Of a DNA stretch of 64,000 nt, positions 19,091 to 32,530 are shown one piece after another. This stretch comes from Pecten maximus (Eukaryota). Under the pieces are notes generated by a model. The model had not been told where the DNA came from. It worked only from the letters and a program-made list of their open reading frames with translations, and did not search any database. Each line of letters begins with the position of its first letter. The stretch's first letter is position 1. The stretch lies in assembly GCF_902652985.1 (NCBI RefSeq), contig NC_047020.1, positions 37,696,001 through 37,760,000 on the forward strand. Direction: 5' to 3'. The position numbers and the translations under genes are program-made.

Positions 19091-22000
19091 GTTTCAGTGT
19101 GGTGACTCGGTATACAATGTGACATTTCAGGGTAGTGACTCGGTATATAATGTGACATTTCAGTGTGGTGACTCGGTATACAATGTGACATTTCAGTGTA
19201 GTGACTCGGTATACAATGTGACATTGTAGTGTGGTGACTCGTTATACTATGTGACATTTCAGTGTGGTGACTCGGTATACAATGTGACATTTCAGTGTGG
19301 TGACTCGGTATACTTTGTGATATTTCAGTGTGGTGACTCAGGTATATAATGTGACATTTCAGTGTGGTGACTCGGTATACTATGTGACATTTCAGTGTGG
19401 TGACTCGGTATACAATGTGACATTTCAGTGTGGTGACTCGGTATACAATGTGACATTTCAGTGTGGTGACTCGGTATATAATGTGACATTTGGTTTGTTT
19501 GGTTTGTTTTTGTTTAACGTCCTATTAAGAGCCAGGGTCATTTAAGGACGTGCCAGATTTTGGAGGTGGAGGAAAGCCGGAGTACCCGGAGAAAAACCAC
19601 CGGCCTACAGTCAGTACCTGACAACTGCCCCATGTAGGTTTCGAACTCGCAACCCAGAGGTGGAGGGCTAGTGATAAAGTGTCGGGACACCTTAACCACT
19701 CGGCCACCGCGGCCCCATACAATGTGACATTTCGGTGTGGTGAGTCGGTATATAATGTGACATTTCGGTGTGGTGACTCGGTATACAATGTGACATTTCA
19801 GTGTGGTGACTCGTTATACAATGTGACATTTCAGTGTGGTGACTCGGTATACAATGTGACATTTCGGTGTGGTGACTCGGTATACAATGTGACATTTCAG
19901 TGTGGTGACTCGGTATACAATGTGACATTTCAGTGTGGTGACTCGGTATACAATGTGACATTTCAGTGTGGTGATTCGGTATACAATGTGACATTTCAGT
20001 GTGGTGATTCGGTATACAATGTGACATTTCAGTGTGGTGACTCGGTATACAATGTGACATTTCAGTGTGGTGATTCGGTATACAATGTGACATTTCAGTG
20101 TGGTGACTCGGTATACAATGTGACATTTCAGTGTGGTGATTCGGTATACAATGAGACATTTCAGTGTGGTGACTCGGTATACAATGTGACATTTCAGTGT
20201 GGTGACTGTATAAAATCGGACATTTCAGTGTGGTGACTCGGTATACAATGTAACATTTCAGTGTGGTGACTCGGTATACAATGTGACATTGCAGTGTGGT
20301 GACTCGGTATACAATGTGACATTTCAGTGTGGTGACTCGGTATACAATGTGACATTTCAGTGTGGTGACTCGTTATACAATGTGACATTGCAGTGTGGTG
20401 ACTCGGTATATAATGTGACATTTCAGTGTGGTGACTCGGTATACAATGTGACATTTCAGTGTGGTGACTCGGTATACAATATGACATTTCAGTGTGGTGA
20501 CTCGGTATACAATGTGACATTTCAGTGTGGTGACTCGTTACACTATGTGACATTTCAGTGTGGTGACTCGGTATACAATGTGACATTTCAGTGTGGTGAC
20601 TCGGTATACAATGTGACATTTCAGTGTGGTGACTCGTTACACTATGTGACATTTCAGTGTGGTGACTCGGTATACAATGAGACATTTCAGTGTGGTGACT
20701 CGGTATACTATGTAACATTTCAGTGTGGTGACTCGGTATACAATGTGACATTTCAGTGTGGTGACTCGTTATACTATGTAACATTTCAGTGTGGTGACTC
20801 GGTATACAATGTGACATTTCAGTGTGGTAACTCGGTATACAATGTTATATTTCAGTGTGGTGACTCGGTATACAATGTGACATTTCAGTGTGGTGATTCG
20901 GTATATAATGTAACATTTCAGTGTGGTGACTCGGTATAAAATGTAACATTTCAGTGTGGTGACTCGGTATACAATGTGACATTTCAGTGTGGTGACTCGG
21001 TATATAATGTGACATTTAAGTGTGGTGACTCGGTATACAATGTGACATTTCAGTGTAGTGACTCGTTATACTATGTGACATTTCAGTGTGGTGACTCGTT
21101 ATACTCTGTGACATTTCAGTGTAGTGACTCGGTATATAATGTGACATTTCAGTGTGGTGACTCGGTATAAAATGTGACATTTCAGTGTGGTGACTCGGTA
21201 TACAATATAACATTTCAGTGTGGTGACTCGGTATATAATGTGACATTTCAGTGTAGTGACTCGGTATATAATGTAACATTTCAGTGTGGTGACTCGGTAT
21301 ACAATGTGACATTTCAGTGTGGTGACTCGGTATACAATGTGACATTTCAGTGTGGTGAATCGGTATACAATGTGACATTTCAGTGTGGTGACTCGGTATA
21401 CAATGTGACATTTCAGTGTGGTGACTCGGTATACAATGTGACATTTCAGTGTGGTGACTCGGTATACAATGTGACATTTCAGTGTGGTGACTCGGTATAC
21501 AATGTGACATTTCAGTGTGGTGACTCGGTATATAATGTGACATTTCAGTGTGGTGACTCGGTATACAATGTGACATTTCAGTGTGGTGACTCGGTATATA
21601 ATGTAACATTTCAGTGTGGTGACTCGGTATATAATGTGACATTTCAGTGTGGTGACTCGGTATACAATGTGACATTTCAGTGTGGTGACTCGGTATACAA
21701 TGTGACATTTCAGTATGGTGACTCGGTATACAATGTGACATTTCAGTGTAGGTGACTCGGTATATAATGTGACATTTCAGTGTGGTGACTCGGTATATAA
21801 TGTGACATTTCAGTGTGGTGACTCGGTATACAATGTGACATTTCAGTGTAGTGACTCGGTATATAATGTGACATTTCAGTGTGGTGACTCGTTATACTAT
21901 GTGACATTTCAGTGTGGTGACTCGGTATACAATGTGACATTTCAGTGTGGTGACTCGGTATACAATGTGACATTTCAGTGTGGTGACTCGGTATATAATG

Positions 22001-22601
22001 TGACATTTCAGTGTGGTGACTCGTTATACTATGTGACATTTCAGTGTGGTGACTCGGTATACAATGTGACATTTCAGTGTGGTGACTCGGTATATAATGT
22101 GACATTTCAGTGTGGTGACTCGGTATATAATGTAACATTTCAGTGTGGTGACTCGGTATATAATGTGACATTTCAGTGTGGTGACTCGGTATACAATGTG
22201 ACATTTCAGTGTGGTGACTCGGTATATAATGTAACATTTCAGTGTAGTGACTCGGTATACAATGTGACATTTCAATGTGGTGACTCGGTATACAATGTGA
22301 CATTTCAATGTGGTGACTCGGTATACAATGTGACATTTCAGTGTGGTGACTCGGTATACAATGTGACATTTCAGTGTGGTGACTCGGTATACAGTGTGAC
22401 ATTTCAGTGTGGTGACTCGGTATACAATGTGACATTTCAGTGTGGTGATTCGGTATATAATGTGACATTTCAGTGTGGTGACTCGTTATACAATGAGACA
22501 TTTCAGTGTGGTGACTCGGTATACAATGTGACATTTCAATGTGGTGACTCGGTATACAATGTGACATTTCAGTGTGGTGATTCGGTATAAAATCGGACAT
22601 T
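19091..22601. repeat. 33-bp satellite, ~100 copies (TTTCAGTGTGGTGACTCGGTATACAATGTGACA)
   Basis: Highly homogeneous tandem units with 11-aa periodicity in the ORF track; interrupted once by a SINE. Confidence 0.98.
19492..19716 (-). mobile_element. full-length tRNA-derived V-domain SINE, family A, inserted in the satellite
   Basis: On the minus strand: GGGGCCGCGG 5' end, A box TGGCCGAGTGG, B box GTTCGAAAC, TTTTTCTCCGGGTACTCCGGCTTTCCTCCA, (CAAAC)n tail. Flanked by a ~16-bp duplication ATAYAATGTGACATTT. Confidence 0.9.
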
Positions 22602-23491
22602 GTTACATTTTCATAAAGCGGCGTTGTCTAGTGTGTTGACAAGTATAAATTATAGCATTATTTCATGCGTAAAGCTTCCGTCCGTTCAATATGTCAGAGT
22701 TTAAAATGCTGTCTACGAATACTTTACTATCCACTTCTGTCTTAAACAAAATATCAAAAACAGATGTATCAACAGCCATGTGTACAATACAAAGCCTAAA
22801 AGCCGTAATTAAGCGAAGTCCCTAGTGCTTGATTTCTTTTTGTTAGTTGACAAATGGCTATGATCTCAGAAAAAAACTCGTGTCTGTTCAATTATTGAAG
22901 CTTTTAACTTATCTGAAATGGCCTTGTGAAACGTCTAAGTCACAGAGCAACGTCTGATCAGCGGGTATCATAGCCGATACATTCAATGTAGCTTCATTTT
23001 TATACTTTCAATTGACTGTGTAAGTGGTGTACAGACAAATCATTCAAAGCTAAAGCCGTTTTAAGTTGATACCTAACAATAAATGTAAACTGTTGGGCAG
23101 ATATCAGTGGGTAACTTTCACCATAAAAACGTTGATAGGGATATGTTATAGTGGAGAGGAGAGGTCATGGTCACATTACTAGATCAGGCTCTCGGCAATT
23201 TCGCTGTAGCTTAAAGGTAGGATGTCTGTTCAAAAAGCGAGAGGTCTTGGGGTTTCGTTTGGTGTCTTGATGTTTAAAGAACTTGAAAAAGACGTTCCCG
23301 CTGAGTGCCCATACAGGCATCGACGACCACAGGGACTTGGCATGAATCCCCAGCCCACGGTCCACAGATACATATATATGTGTGATACTATAATATGCTT
23401 ATATATGGACCATGTTTTAGGAATTCGTGCCAAGTGCCTGTGACGACACCTGGTCTCCGATATAAGCCACGATTCGTAGCATGCTCCTTCA

Positions 23492-23643
23492 ACATCCGTA
23501 TACAAACTTATACAGCTACATCTATTGAGTGTTGATAATATTTGTGATCTTCGTAAACTCGCTAGATATATATTTGAGGCTAATAAGGCACGAGTGACGT
23601 AAAATATGTACATTTGTATATTGACATAATATATGTAAATTTA

Positions 23644-23689
<46 letters not shown>

Positions 23690-23817
23690 GCGAAGACGAC
23701 GAATGTGTGTTTATTAGCTACCTTTTTCTATATTGTATGTAATTATCTGTCATATATATGCTGTATATATTTGTACTGATAAACCGTGAGGTAATAAATG
23801 AATTGAATTGAATTGAA
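23492..23817 (+). mobile_element. non-LTR retrotransposon 3' end (ORF2 C-terminus, UTR, (AATTG)n tail)
   Basis: TSVYKLIQLHLLSVDNICDLRKLARYIFEANKARVT* (stop 23600-23602) resembles the S.YKLIQLLS..N..L..L..YI terminus of mollusc LINE ORF2s. AATAAA then GAATT repeats follow; a (GAT)n microsatellite sits in the UTR. Confidence 0.7.
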
Positions 23818-24112
23818 CTCCTACAAGAATTTTTAAGTTTACTACTGAAAATATTAATAAATCGCAGGATTGCAAAATTATTCCAAGCATCGTCTATGAA
23901 AGTGACTGTTCATTACCTGCGATTACTGTCTTACACATAAAGTTTATGTATTCTTTCTCGAGTTCCAGAATATGCTAAAAAAATACAGGCTATTTAGTAT
24001 ATTTTATAGTGATAATTTGAGTTGGTTAACGTTTGCGAAGATTATAACTTACATCCGGATTTCCTAGAAAGCCTTAGAGCTTATTATAAAAAAAAGTCCA
24101 AAACATCACAGT

Positions 24113-24327
24113 ATTAATAGAAAATAAATACAAGTCCCTACTCCTACTACTAAGATAAGTCGTTATATAAAGACATGCGGTCGTTGTTGACAAGCGGTCG
24201 TTATAGACAGGCGGTCGTTATATACGGGTGGTCGTTATAGACAGGCGGTCGTAATAGACAGGCGGTCGTTAGAGCAGGATTGACTGTATATCAGTAAGAG
24301 TAGGGACTTATATCTTGTTCTATTAAT
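24113..24327. mobile_element. ~30-bp-TIR MITE enclosing the right end of a pogo/Tigger-like element with 17-bp repeats
   Basis: ATTAATAGAA...AAGTCCCTACTC / GAGTAGGGACTT...TTCTATTAAT inverted arms; the interior is (GGTCGTTATAGACAGGC)n ending CAGGATTGACTG|TA. Confidence 0.7.
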
Positions 24328-25419
24328 GCTAACCAGAAGCAGACACCTGTGAATACATGGTCACGATGAGACGAAAAGATTCGCTTAACAAGAGACATCA
24401 CACAAATATCATAAAGGATTTATGATAATAGTGCTATTTTCGAACATTTGTTTAATATCTTATTTCATAAATTGGACATTCCAACGAAGTTATTATTATG
24501 TATTTCCACTTACAAACTTTCGTAATTTTGTTACACAATGTGACAATTTGTACTTTAAAAGCAAGCTATTAATTATATCTCTACCAGAGGCTACAAGTTT
24601 CTATCTTTTGACATGAATACATCTAATTCCTTTTACTCATTGTTACCGGATTAACTAACTGGTCTGCCGGGGTGTTCTCTGAACGCCAACATTTTTTTAA
24701 ACAATAGGTAGGTGTTGTTTCAGGAAACAATGGGAGGGTAATTATATACTGCTTCATATAAGTTGTCTTCTTTTTACCTGTACAGTCACCTGAGATTTAC
24801 CTGTGTTTTACAAATCATACAGTAGAATTGTATATGTTTTTTCCCCCATTTTCTTAGAACACACATGTATGCATTCAACAAAATGAGCAATTAAGTAATA
24901 TAGAACATATATAGTTTTGAAAAATAGCAACAAATCTATGAATTAATAAAATTTGTTCATAAATGTACAGTACTTATATATGCCACTTACAGTTCCATCA
25001 TAGCACTGAATAGTTTTTGTTAACTAATTACTTGAAAAGTTTATTTCACCAATCTCAGCACTAAGAAATCTATATTTATTGATTAATATTGTACAAATAA
25101 AATACATATTAATATGTTAAATGAACAATGCATGTTTATATTCAAATGGAAATGATTAAATATATATAATAAAAAGTCTTATATAGAGACAGTAAAAATA
25201 TCTGAAATAAAAACGTACATTACTAAAAATCAAGATATCTTAAATAAAAATATGCATATACAACAATGTAGAAAGTTGAAAATGACTGGACACACATGCA
25301 TGTACATGTACCTCTCAACAAAGGCAATATAGGAAGCACCTACGGAAAACCAATCCAGGTAATAATGCAAGAACAAACCCCATTCTGATAATGACTAGCA
25401 GAATACTGATTTACATGTT

Positions 25420-25735
25420 GATATGGACTCTAGATCTCTATTTTTGGAGCTTGACCGAGATATCTATCTACGGATGAATTTAAAAGTGCTATAAAGCTTC
25501 TGAAGGCTTACAGCATCGACAGTCTTAATATTCCAATGATGATTTTGTAAATCAAGCCTTGCTTACTATTTTTAACAATTGTATTGGACTCTGGTGGAAA
25601 TGGAGGCCTTTTACGTAATGCATTTTTTGACGGAAAGAAACTAGAAATTAACTTAATTGGGTTTTCTTCCAAATTGTGTATACCCAGTATTATAATGTTA
25701 TTAAGTATTGATTAAAGCTATTTAGTACTAAGAAC
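25420..25735 (+). mobile_element. degenerate LINE ORF2 fragments
   Basis: With frameshifts it reads ELDRDI-STDEFKSAIKLLKAYSIDSL...IVLDSG, the pre-RT region of non-LTR ORF2, followed by a KLFSTKN-like C-terminal remnant. Confidence 0.55.
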
Positions 25736-28022
25736 TGCATTGATATACTTTTTTAGTATTAAAATGTATTATTGACAATGCGCGACAAGATATGTTTACA
25801 TTATTTAGTAGATTATATATCACTACAACGTTATCTATATAAATATATACCAAAACGTACAATAATTGCTTTGAGTAGAATACGTTTATCAGCGCATACT
25901 CTGATTATTGAAATTCGTCGATATACATTGTAAGTGAACGCCTGTGTAGAGTTTGCAGCTCTGGTGACATAGAAGATGAATATCGCTCTTTGTAATTTGT
26001 CAAATTTTCAAGTCATGTATCGAGAGGTAGTCGATAACATGCGACCAAAGTAGTAATTAGTAGTTATTAAATGTGTATCTGGTTGTACAATGGAACTTTC
26101 AAGTTTTGGGAAGTTATATTTTCAGGTATATTGCTGTTTGTGCAGACTTTTATGTAGCTGTATATATTATCATCAATATAGAACAAAACTTTCTTAAGTA
26201 GTGAAATTAGACTCAATTGATTCAAATTATCCATATGCCTGTATGGAAATTAGTGTTGCAACGAGAGAGTTAAACCATTTTATTTATCTAAATGCAAATG
26301 AATACATGTAGATATTCTAAAAATGAGTATAAATGATTTTTTAAGACTTAAATAAGATCAAATAAAATCATTATTTTGCACATAAAGATAATTTTCAAGC
26401 AAAAATATTGTATTGTCGTTTTAAATTTGAAACTAGATATCAAATAAAATAAATATTTTTGATATGCATATAAATATGATATTTGATTATAAATCCTTAA
26501 TTTCACCTACAGGTAGTATCAACAGGTAACATTTACAGGTAAATGACCTGTTGGCATTGAGACTACTTTTAGGGAAAAGACTATAATCGCTATCAAAACA
26601 AACTGCCCTACAGGTAAATTCAAAATGTTGGCGTTCAGAGATACACCCGGTCTGCCAGTATGACACCTTAGCCTCGGACAAAGGACAATTAACGTGAATA
26701 TCTCACCTGTCCGACATATGACCAGCTGAGCAATTATATATAATTAACTGATACCTGTCAAGGCTGTCAATCACTTTTATAACTTTACGTTAAATACCAT
26801 GTACTATATGCTGTAAAAATCAATTAGAACCTAGAGTTCGGACTGCACGGGTCGATTTACGGACATTCCGGAAATCGCCTGCCGACTCATTCCTTTAATA
26901 AATACTATATTTTGGACCGTACCTGACCATCTTGGATTATATATTCATTCGACAAAAACATCGCAACAACCAGAAAAATCGTTGTGATACAAACATGGAC
27001 CTTGGCTTAATTTGTGATAATGAACTCAATTATCTATCCTTCAATCAGCTGTGCAGAATCTGATTAAACTATATACTGGAAGTTTTGGGTAGCATTCTAC
27101 AACACCGTGAATGACAGACGTTCGTGCACATACGTTACAGTAACAAATTTCTAGCATGCTACCGGACATCTTCTCTAGCCAAGGCTTCTGATTACGTTAC
27201 ACTACACGAACCCTTGGCGGATATAGTCGTGTTCAAACCGTCGCGCCCTGGAATCCCAGGGCATCCAATCAAATCGCGTTTTACACTCGGGCTTGGTTTC
27301 GCAGTAAACAAAAATTGCGGCACCCAGTACAGAGCTACAATGTCGACTATGTCATGGCATTTTACCTATATACAGAGACATACAATCTTTAGGGGAACAT
27401 TCGCAGTGTTTGATAAATCTATTTAAGTCATTGATCACATATCTCATCGAAATGACACAAGCCTCCATGTGTGTTTGTTAACATCACAGATGAAGTAAAT
27501 CGGTAACGCTCGTTTTGATTGGTCGAAAATTTCATGCGTAAAGAGTGGTAATTTTGAATCTCCGCTAGAGGGCCAGAACTGACGCCTATATCTGCCAAGG
27601 CTTTTTTCTTTCTTTTTTTTCCAAATGTGAAATAATGTGCACCTAGAAAAAGAGATATCCTGCTATTGGTTGAAGTGGTTTTTAATTCAGTCTACAAGTA
27701 TATTAATACAGCACATAACTGAAATTTCGTTAATTCAATATCCATGCTAGACTAGCTCCTAGCCGAATGGAGATTTCTGTCCAAAGAGAGATAACTCTTC
27801 ATATCTTGTTAATACTCCTAGGCGCTGAACACTTTTCAAGATGGCGGGCCAGAATGATAACAGAAGATAGTGCTGTATTTTATATTTAAGCGCTAAAGTG
27901 CCATTTATACGGCAAGTTTTTCAATGTTTATTTTTAAAAAGCGGGGTTTCATACAAACCTCAGGCCTCCACAAAGGAGGGTAGCAATACAGTAGTATGTA
28001 TTTCTTTTATCTATCTATTGCC

Positions 28023-28108
28023 TAGCCTGAGTTTCCTCTCGCCCCCACACCAGACATTCTGGCCCCCTACACCAGACATGGTGTCAGGGCCAGAGGAAAC
28101 TCTGGCTA
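28023..28108. mobile_element. miniature TIR element, TAG..CTA termini, 9-bp TSD (AcademH-like non-autonomous)
   Basis: TAGCCTGAGTTTCCTCT...AGAGGAAACTCTGGCTA, flanked by TCTATTGCC / TTTATTGTC. Confidence 0.65.
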
Positions 28109-29558
28109 TTTATTGTCCTCTCCTGTATTTCCTTACAACTTTCGCAATTGCTATGTTAGACAGCTGTGAGTATTGATACAGGTCTAAAACTGCAAAGGCA
28201 CACTTTTTGAAAAGTCATCAAATTTCTGAAAGCGATATGAACGCCGTCTGTAACCATCCAGATATCCACAATAACTTTAAAAAAAAATTGAAATATCTTC
28301 CTTTTTCACAATAATTTCAGTAAAACGTTATAATATCTTATCCTAAATTTACTATTACTTTTGGATATGGAACACTTATAATTCCCTTTTCTGTGATGAA
28401 AATTCAAACTACAATAAAGCATTCTTTTTATTTCCATGTGATATTTTCTATAATCTAATATTTTAGATATATATTATCTAGATAAATTAACTATCAATGG
28501 TTATCAATGGTTATATTATTTCGTTGATGTTCATTTTTTGTGGAATACTTGTAGTTAAACTTTCTCAACTAAATAGGATTCTGTCTGCAACAACAAACAC
28601 CCATTTACCGAGAACTTCAGCGTTCTTTTATTCAATCCTTATTTTAAAATAATGCATGTTTCTTGCAAAAAAAACCACTAAATAAGAAAATAAGCATTTA
28701 AAAGCAAATTAATATTGCAACAAAGCAAATGGTAGAACAGAGATCACTCATGTCAGTTTTCGTGACAATCGGTTTACCAAGCCATTCATACCTAGAGCGG
28801 TTACCTCCCTTCCCCTGTCTGTAACCGTCTTAACAAACATTACTGCATTGTGCGTCATTGTATCACCCAATGACATCTCATATCTCAGATATTGTCAGGC
28901 GAATTAATATTCATGTTTCCAGATGTCATAAGTTATTACATGTGTGAATGTATATACATGTTTACGTTGTTATAAATTGCGTGACATTTTAATTAATCGT
29001 CATAATGCTATTTTCGATCACGTGTTCTCTGAGAGTAAGGATACAATTTTTTCATTAGATACCTGTATTTTTACCTGAATGACGTATTACGAGATTTTTT
29101 CACTTTAATAATGAAACTAAGTATAACATTTCATAAAATAGTTATCTGACACGTTTTTGTTTTTTTGTTTTTTTGTTTTTTTCCTTTTGAATAGGATGCG
29201 GTTTAAGTGTTTGAAACTTATTTTTAATTATTTTGATATTTGCCTGTCATTGCTTTGTGATTGATTGCTATATGTATAAACAAAATGAAGCCACGTGCAT
29301 GCATATAATTAACTTCTTTGTTATATTTGAAATGTTTCATTAATCTAGATTTAATATGATATGCATTTCCATTGCCATATAAAATTTTCGAACCTATTCA
29401 TTATGTATATTATACATAAACAGTAAACAAGGAAATAAAAGAAAACAATTGTAAAAATAAGCCAGTCACAAAAATGCATACATTGACTTAATTGTCGGAG
29501 TCCTATAAATATTGGTCATTAGTTCGGACTAACTTGAACCCATTAGAAATACCATGTA

Positions 29559-29783
29559 GGGGCCGCGGTGGCCGAGCGGTTAATTTGCCCCGACACTTTA
29601 TCACTAGCCCTCCACTTCTGGTCGAGAGTACGAAACCCACGTGGGGCATGCGCAGTTGCCTTTTACTGACCGTAAGCCGGTGGCCTTTCTCCTGGTACTC
29701 CGGCTTTCCTCCACCTCCAAAACCGAGCACGTCCTTAAATGACCCTGGCTGTTAATAGGACGTTAAACAAAAGAAAACCAAAC
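29559..29783 (+). mobile_element. V-domain SINE family A, full length
   Basis: Colinear with 19492-19716; degenerate TSD GAAATACCATGT / GAAATGTCATGT. Confidence 0.9.
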
Positions 29784-30677
29784 TGAAATGTCATGTTTAA
29801 TATCTATTGACAAATGACTATTTCCAAACAAAGAAGTTTTGGTATAAATTCGACACAACCGCAGTATCCAAGTCAATGTGTGTTTGTTTTAGTCGGTACA
29901 GAACAAAACATTACGCTCATCCAATGTACTCGTTTCAAGCGTGTTCGACACACGGATTTTGACTGTCACTGAGTCGACGTTGCATCATAACTATATTTCA
30001 TATTTGACATGAATGCCACACGAATATTGACTAGATCTATTAATTCTAAATCAAGGTAAAAGTAGGTCGAAAGTTATTTTCTATGTTACCAAAATGATCA
30101 TGCCTTGAGGGTAAAATATGGAAAGAGAGAGAAAACGAACTTAATACTAGTACTTCTCCGTTTTCATTTGTTCAAACGCAAACAAAGGTATGTAAAATCC
30201 AATTATATGTAATGATGTATCATTTCCAATAATGTATGTACATTTATTGATAATAATGAACATCTGAAAATAAAAAAATCATATCAAGGTAATTAGATTT
30301 AGATCCTAATTGAAGTTTGTATTGTTTAATAATGGAGCCACACGTCTGAATCAGCATTTAATTATTTGTTATTCTCGAAATCAAACTTCATTCGTCAGGT
30401 ATTGAATAGAGATTAGCACGTCTATCTCAATATACATCTATCACAGTTTACACGTAAGTCTACAGTAAATATAGAAAGTATATAAAGAAAAGGTTATTCT
30501 GATATAAAGCCATATATGTCTTGATTAGACTTCAAAATATAAATTTCAACGTCGATAGCTTTGCAATTGAATATAATTTACGTTATTTAAAATAGACTTT
30601 ATTAACATAAAATAGTGTTTACATACAGTAGGGCAGTAAAGTACATGTATATTGTGTGCAGATATAAGAAAAAATCA

Positions 30678-30832
30678 NNNNNNNNNNNNNNNNNNNNNNN
30701 NNNNNNNNNNNNNNNNNNNNNNNNNNNNNNNNNNNNNNNNNNNNNNNNNNNNNNNNNNNNNNNNNNNNNNNNNNNNNNNNNNNNNNNNNNNNNNNNNNNN
30801 NNNNNNNNNNNNNNNNNNNNNNNNNNNNNNNN
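30678..30832. other. assembly gap (155 N)
   Basis: Run of N. Confidence 1.
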
Positions 30833-32084
30833 AAACGATTCCTAAAGTCAAGGACTCCATGAATTAATCGCCGTAAATCTGAAACATACATATTGTACTA
30901 CAATATGATATTTCAAACACTTACATGTATATATAATGAACTAAAATGTATATGTTATAAGTATCGACAATTTTTTATGATTGATAAACTTAATGTGTAT
31001 TATATGCGTACACTTTATGTATCTTCTTACCTTATAAGCAAACAATAATCAGAAGTTCAAAGCATCCGAAAAATGACTTTAAAATATTTCATCCTCAAGC
31101 GTCACTTTACTTGGACGTATTTTTTGAGGGGATACATCAGAAAATACAACGCATGACAGTTCATAAGATTATTGAGGGGTATATAATCGTGAGTAAATGT
31201 TTAAAGAGGACAACAACTTGTAACGAAGTAGAATACAATGGTATAATATACTTGGTATATATCTAATTGTTGTATGTTTTACTGTGGGGACTAATGTTCG
31301 TTATATATAGCCATAATGTATACAGTTTTTACACGATATAACAATGTCAATGTCAACTACAAAACGATACTATGTAAACAAGATCAAATAAATGTCGACT
31401 TTTTAAATATTGTTATAAATATGTCATTCTTGTAGCAAAGATTGTCTATAGTAGATGAACACATCGCGATGAATACCATTATCATAAACTTCTGTTATAC
31501 GGAGTCTAATATCTATAATGTAAACCGTTCTAGTGTTGGCACGTTCACCTCTAATTAACCTCGTGTTCTTAATACACGTTAATTGATGATAAAAGTCAAA
31601 TTAAGATACATCTAAAAGGGTCAAATAGACGAAGACAAACCGCGTGTCACGGAGTCATACCTAATAGTCACTGCTGAGGGAGCATTCATTGTACTCCAAT
31701 TCGTGTCAGATAAAATGATTCTCGAAAACTGGAGAAAATTATTGCTCACATTCAGGAAAATATTTGACAAGACAACTATATGTATGTTAATTACCAGCTG
31801 TCGTCATAATCAGAATTTCTGTAAGAAAATCAATTGTTATAAACCAATGTAAGTGAAATCTAATTGTCAACGATATACAGTAAAATGTATGCCACGTAAT
31901 GTAAATTTAATTGTACGTGTATATGATGTATTTATGGAGAAGAGGTCGTAAGTTGTAAGATTTGCCTCTCGTCCATTTGTCATTTTGGACATTAAGATAT
32001 GTTTAAATCTCAAAAGAAATCACAATGAAAGAATACAGAAAAGCAGAATTACACTTACCTAATTTTATAAAGATTTAATATTAG

Positions 32085-32530
32085 TTTAAACTGTGTTTTG
32101 TTTGTCAATTTCCATTAAATGATAAATACAACATTCAAATTATACAAAAATTCAGAAACAGGTGTCAAGACACTTATATAAATCTGACACCTATATATAT
32201 ATAGGTTGACGTTACATAACAGCATAGACATGATAAAACACGACATCGTATCATAATGACAATTGTATCTAATGTAAAAACATTAGTTGGAATTTGACCA
32301 AAAAATTAAATACATTGTAGCTAATAAAAACGGAGGAAAACGTGAAAGTGGAATTTGCTGATTCCATCTGGTTGTAGAACAAAACATGTCCATGCCACGT
32401 TAGCATGGAAAATCTGTTTAAATTTACCAGGAAATTTTGCACAGCAGGGAATATCCTCGTGTTACCGTCGATGGAAAGAGAAACATCTCCAGACAGTAAT
32501 AAACTTACAGTTACTATACTACAATGCAAT
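32085..32530 (-). mobile_element. CR1-type LINE extreme 3' end
   Basis: LLLSGDVSLSIDGNTRIFPAVQNFLVNLNRF resembles the LL.GD..LS...N..IF.AVQ.FI..S.RF terminus of mollusc CR1 ORF2; the UTR ends in GTTTAAACTAA. Confidence 0.7.

Noticed and set aside
19330-22600. ORFs of repeated FQCGDSVYNVT (superficially LDLa-like) or MSHCIPSHHTE
   Set aside because: Translations of a 33-bp satellite, open on both strands, with sporadic stops and shifts and a SINE insertion; they lack LDLa cysteine/acidic spacing.
19091-22601. CRISPR-like array (repeat length ~33 bp)
   Set aside because: No unique spacers, no cas genes, eukaryotic context. The same applies to the 45-bp and 43-bp arrays.
29559-29645. Apparent tRNA genes at SINE 5' ends
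   Set aside because: A and B boxes continue into conserved SINE bodies and tails in multiple copies; no proper cloverleaf.
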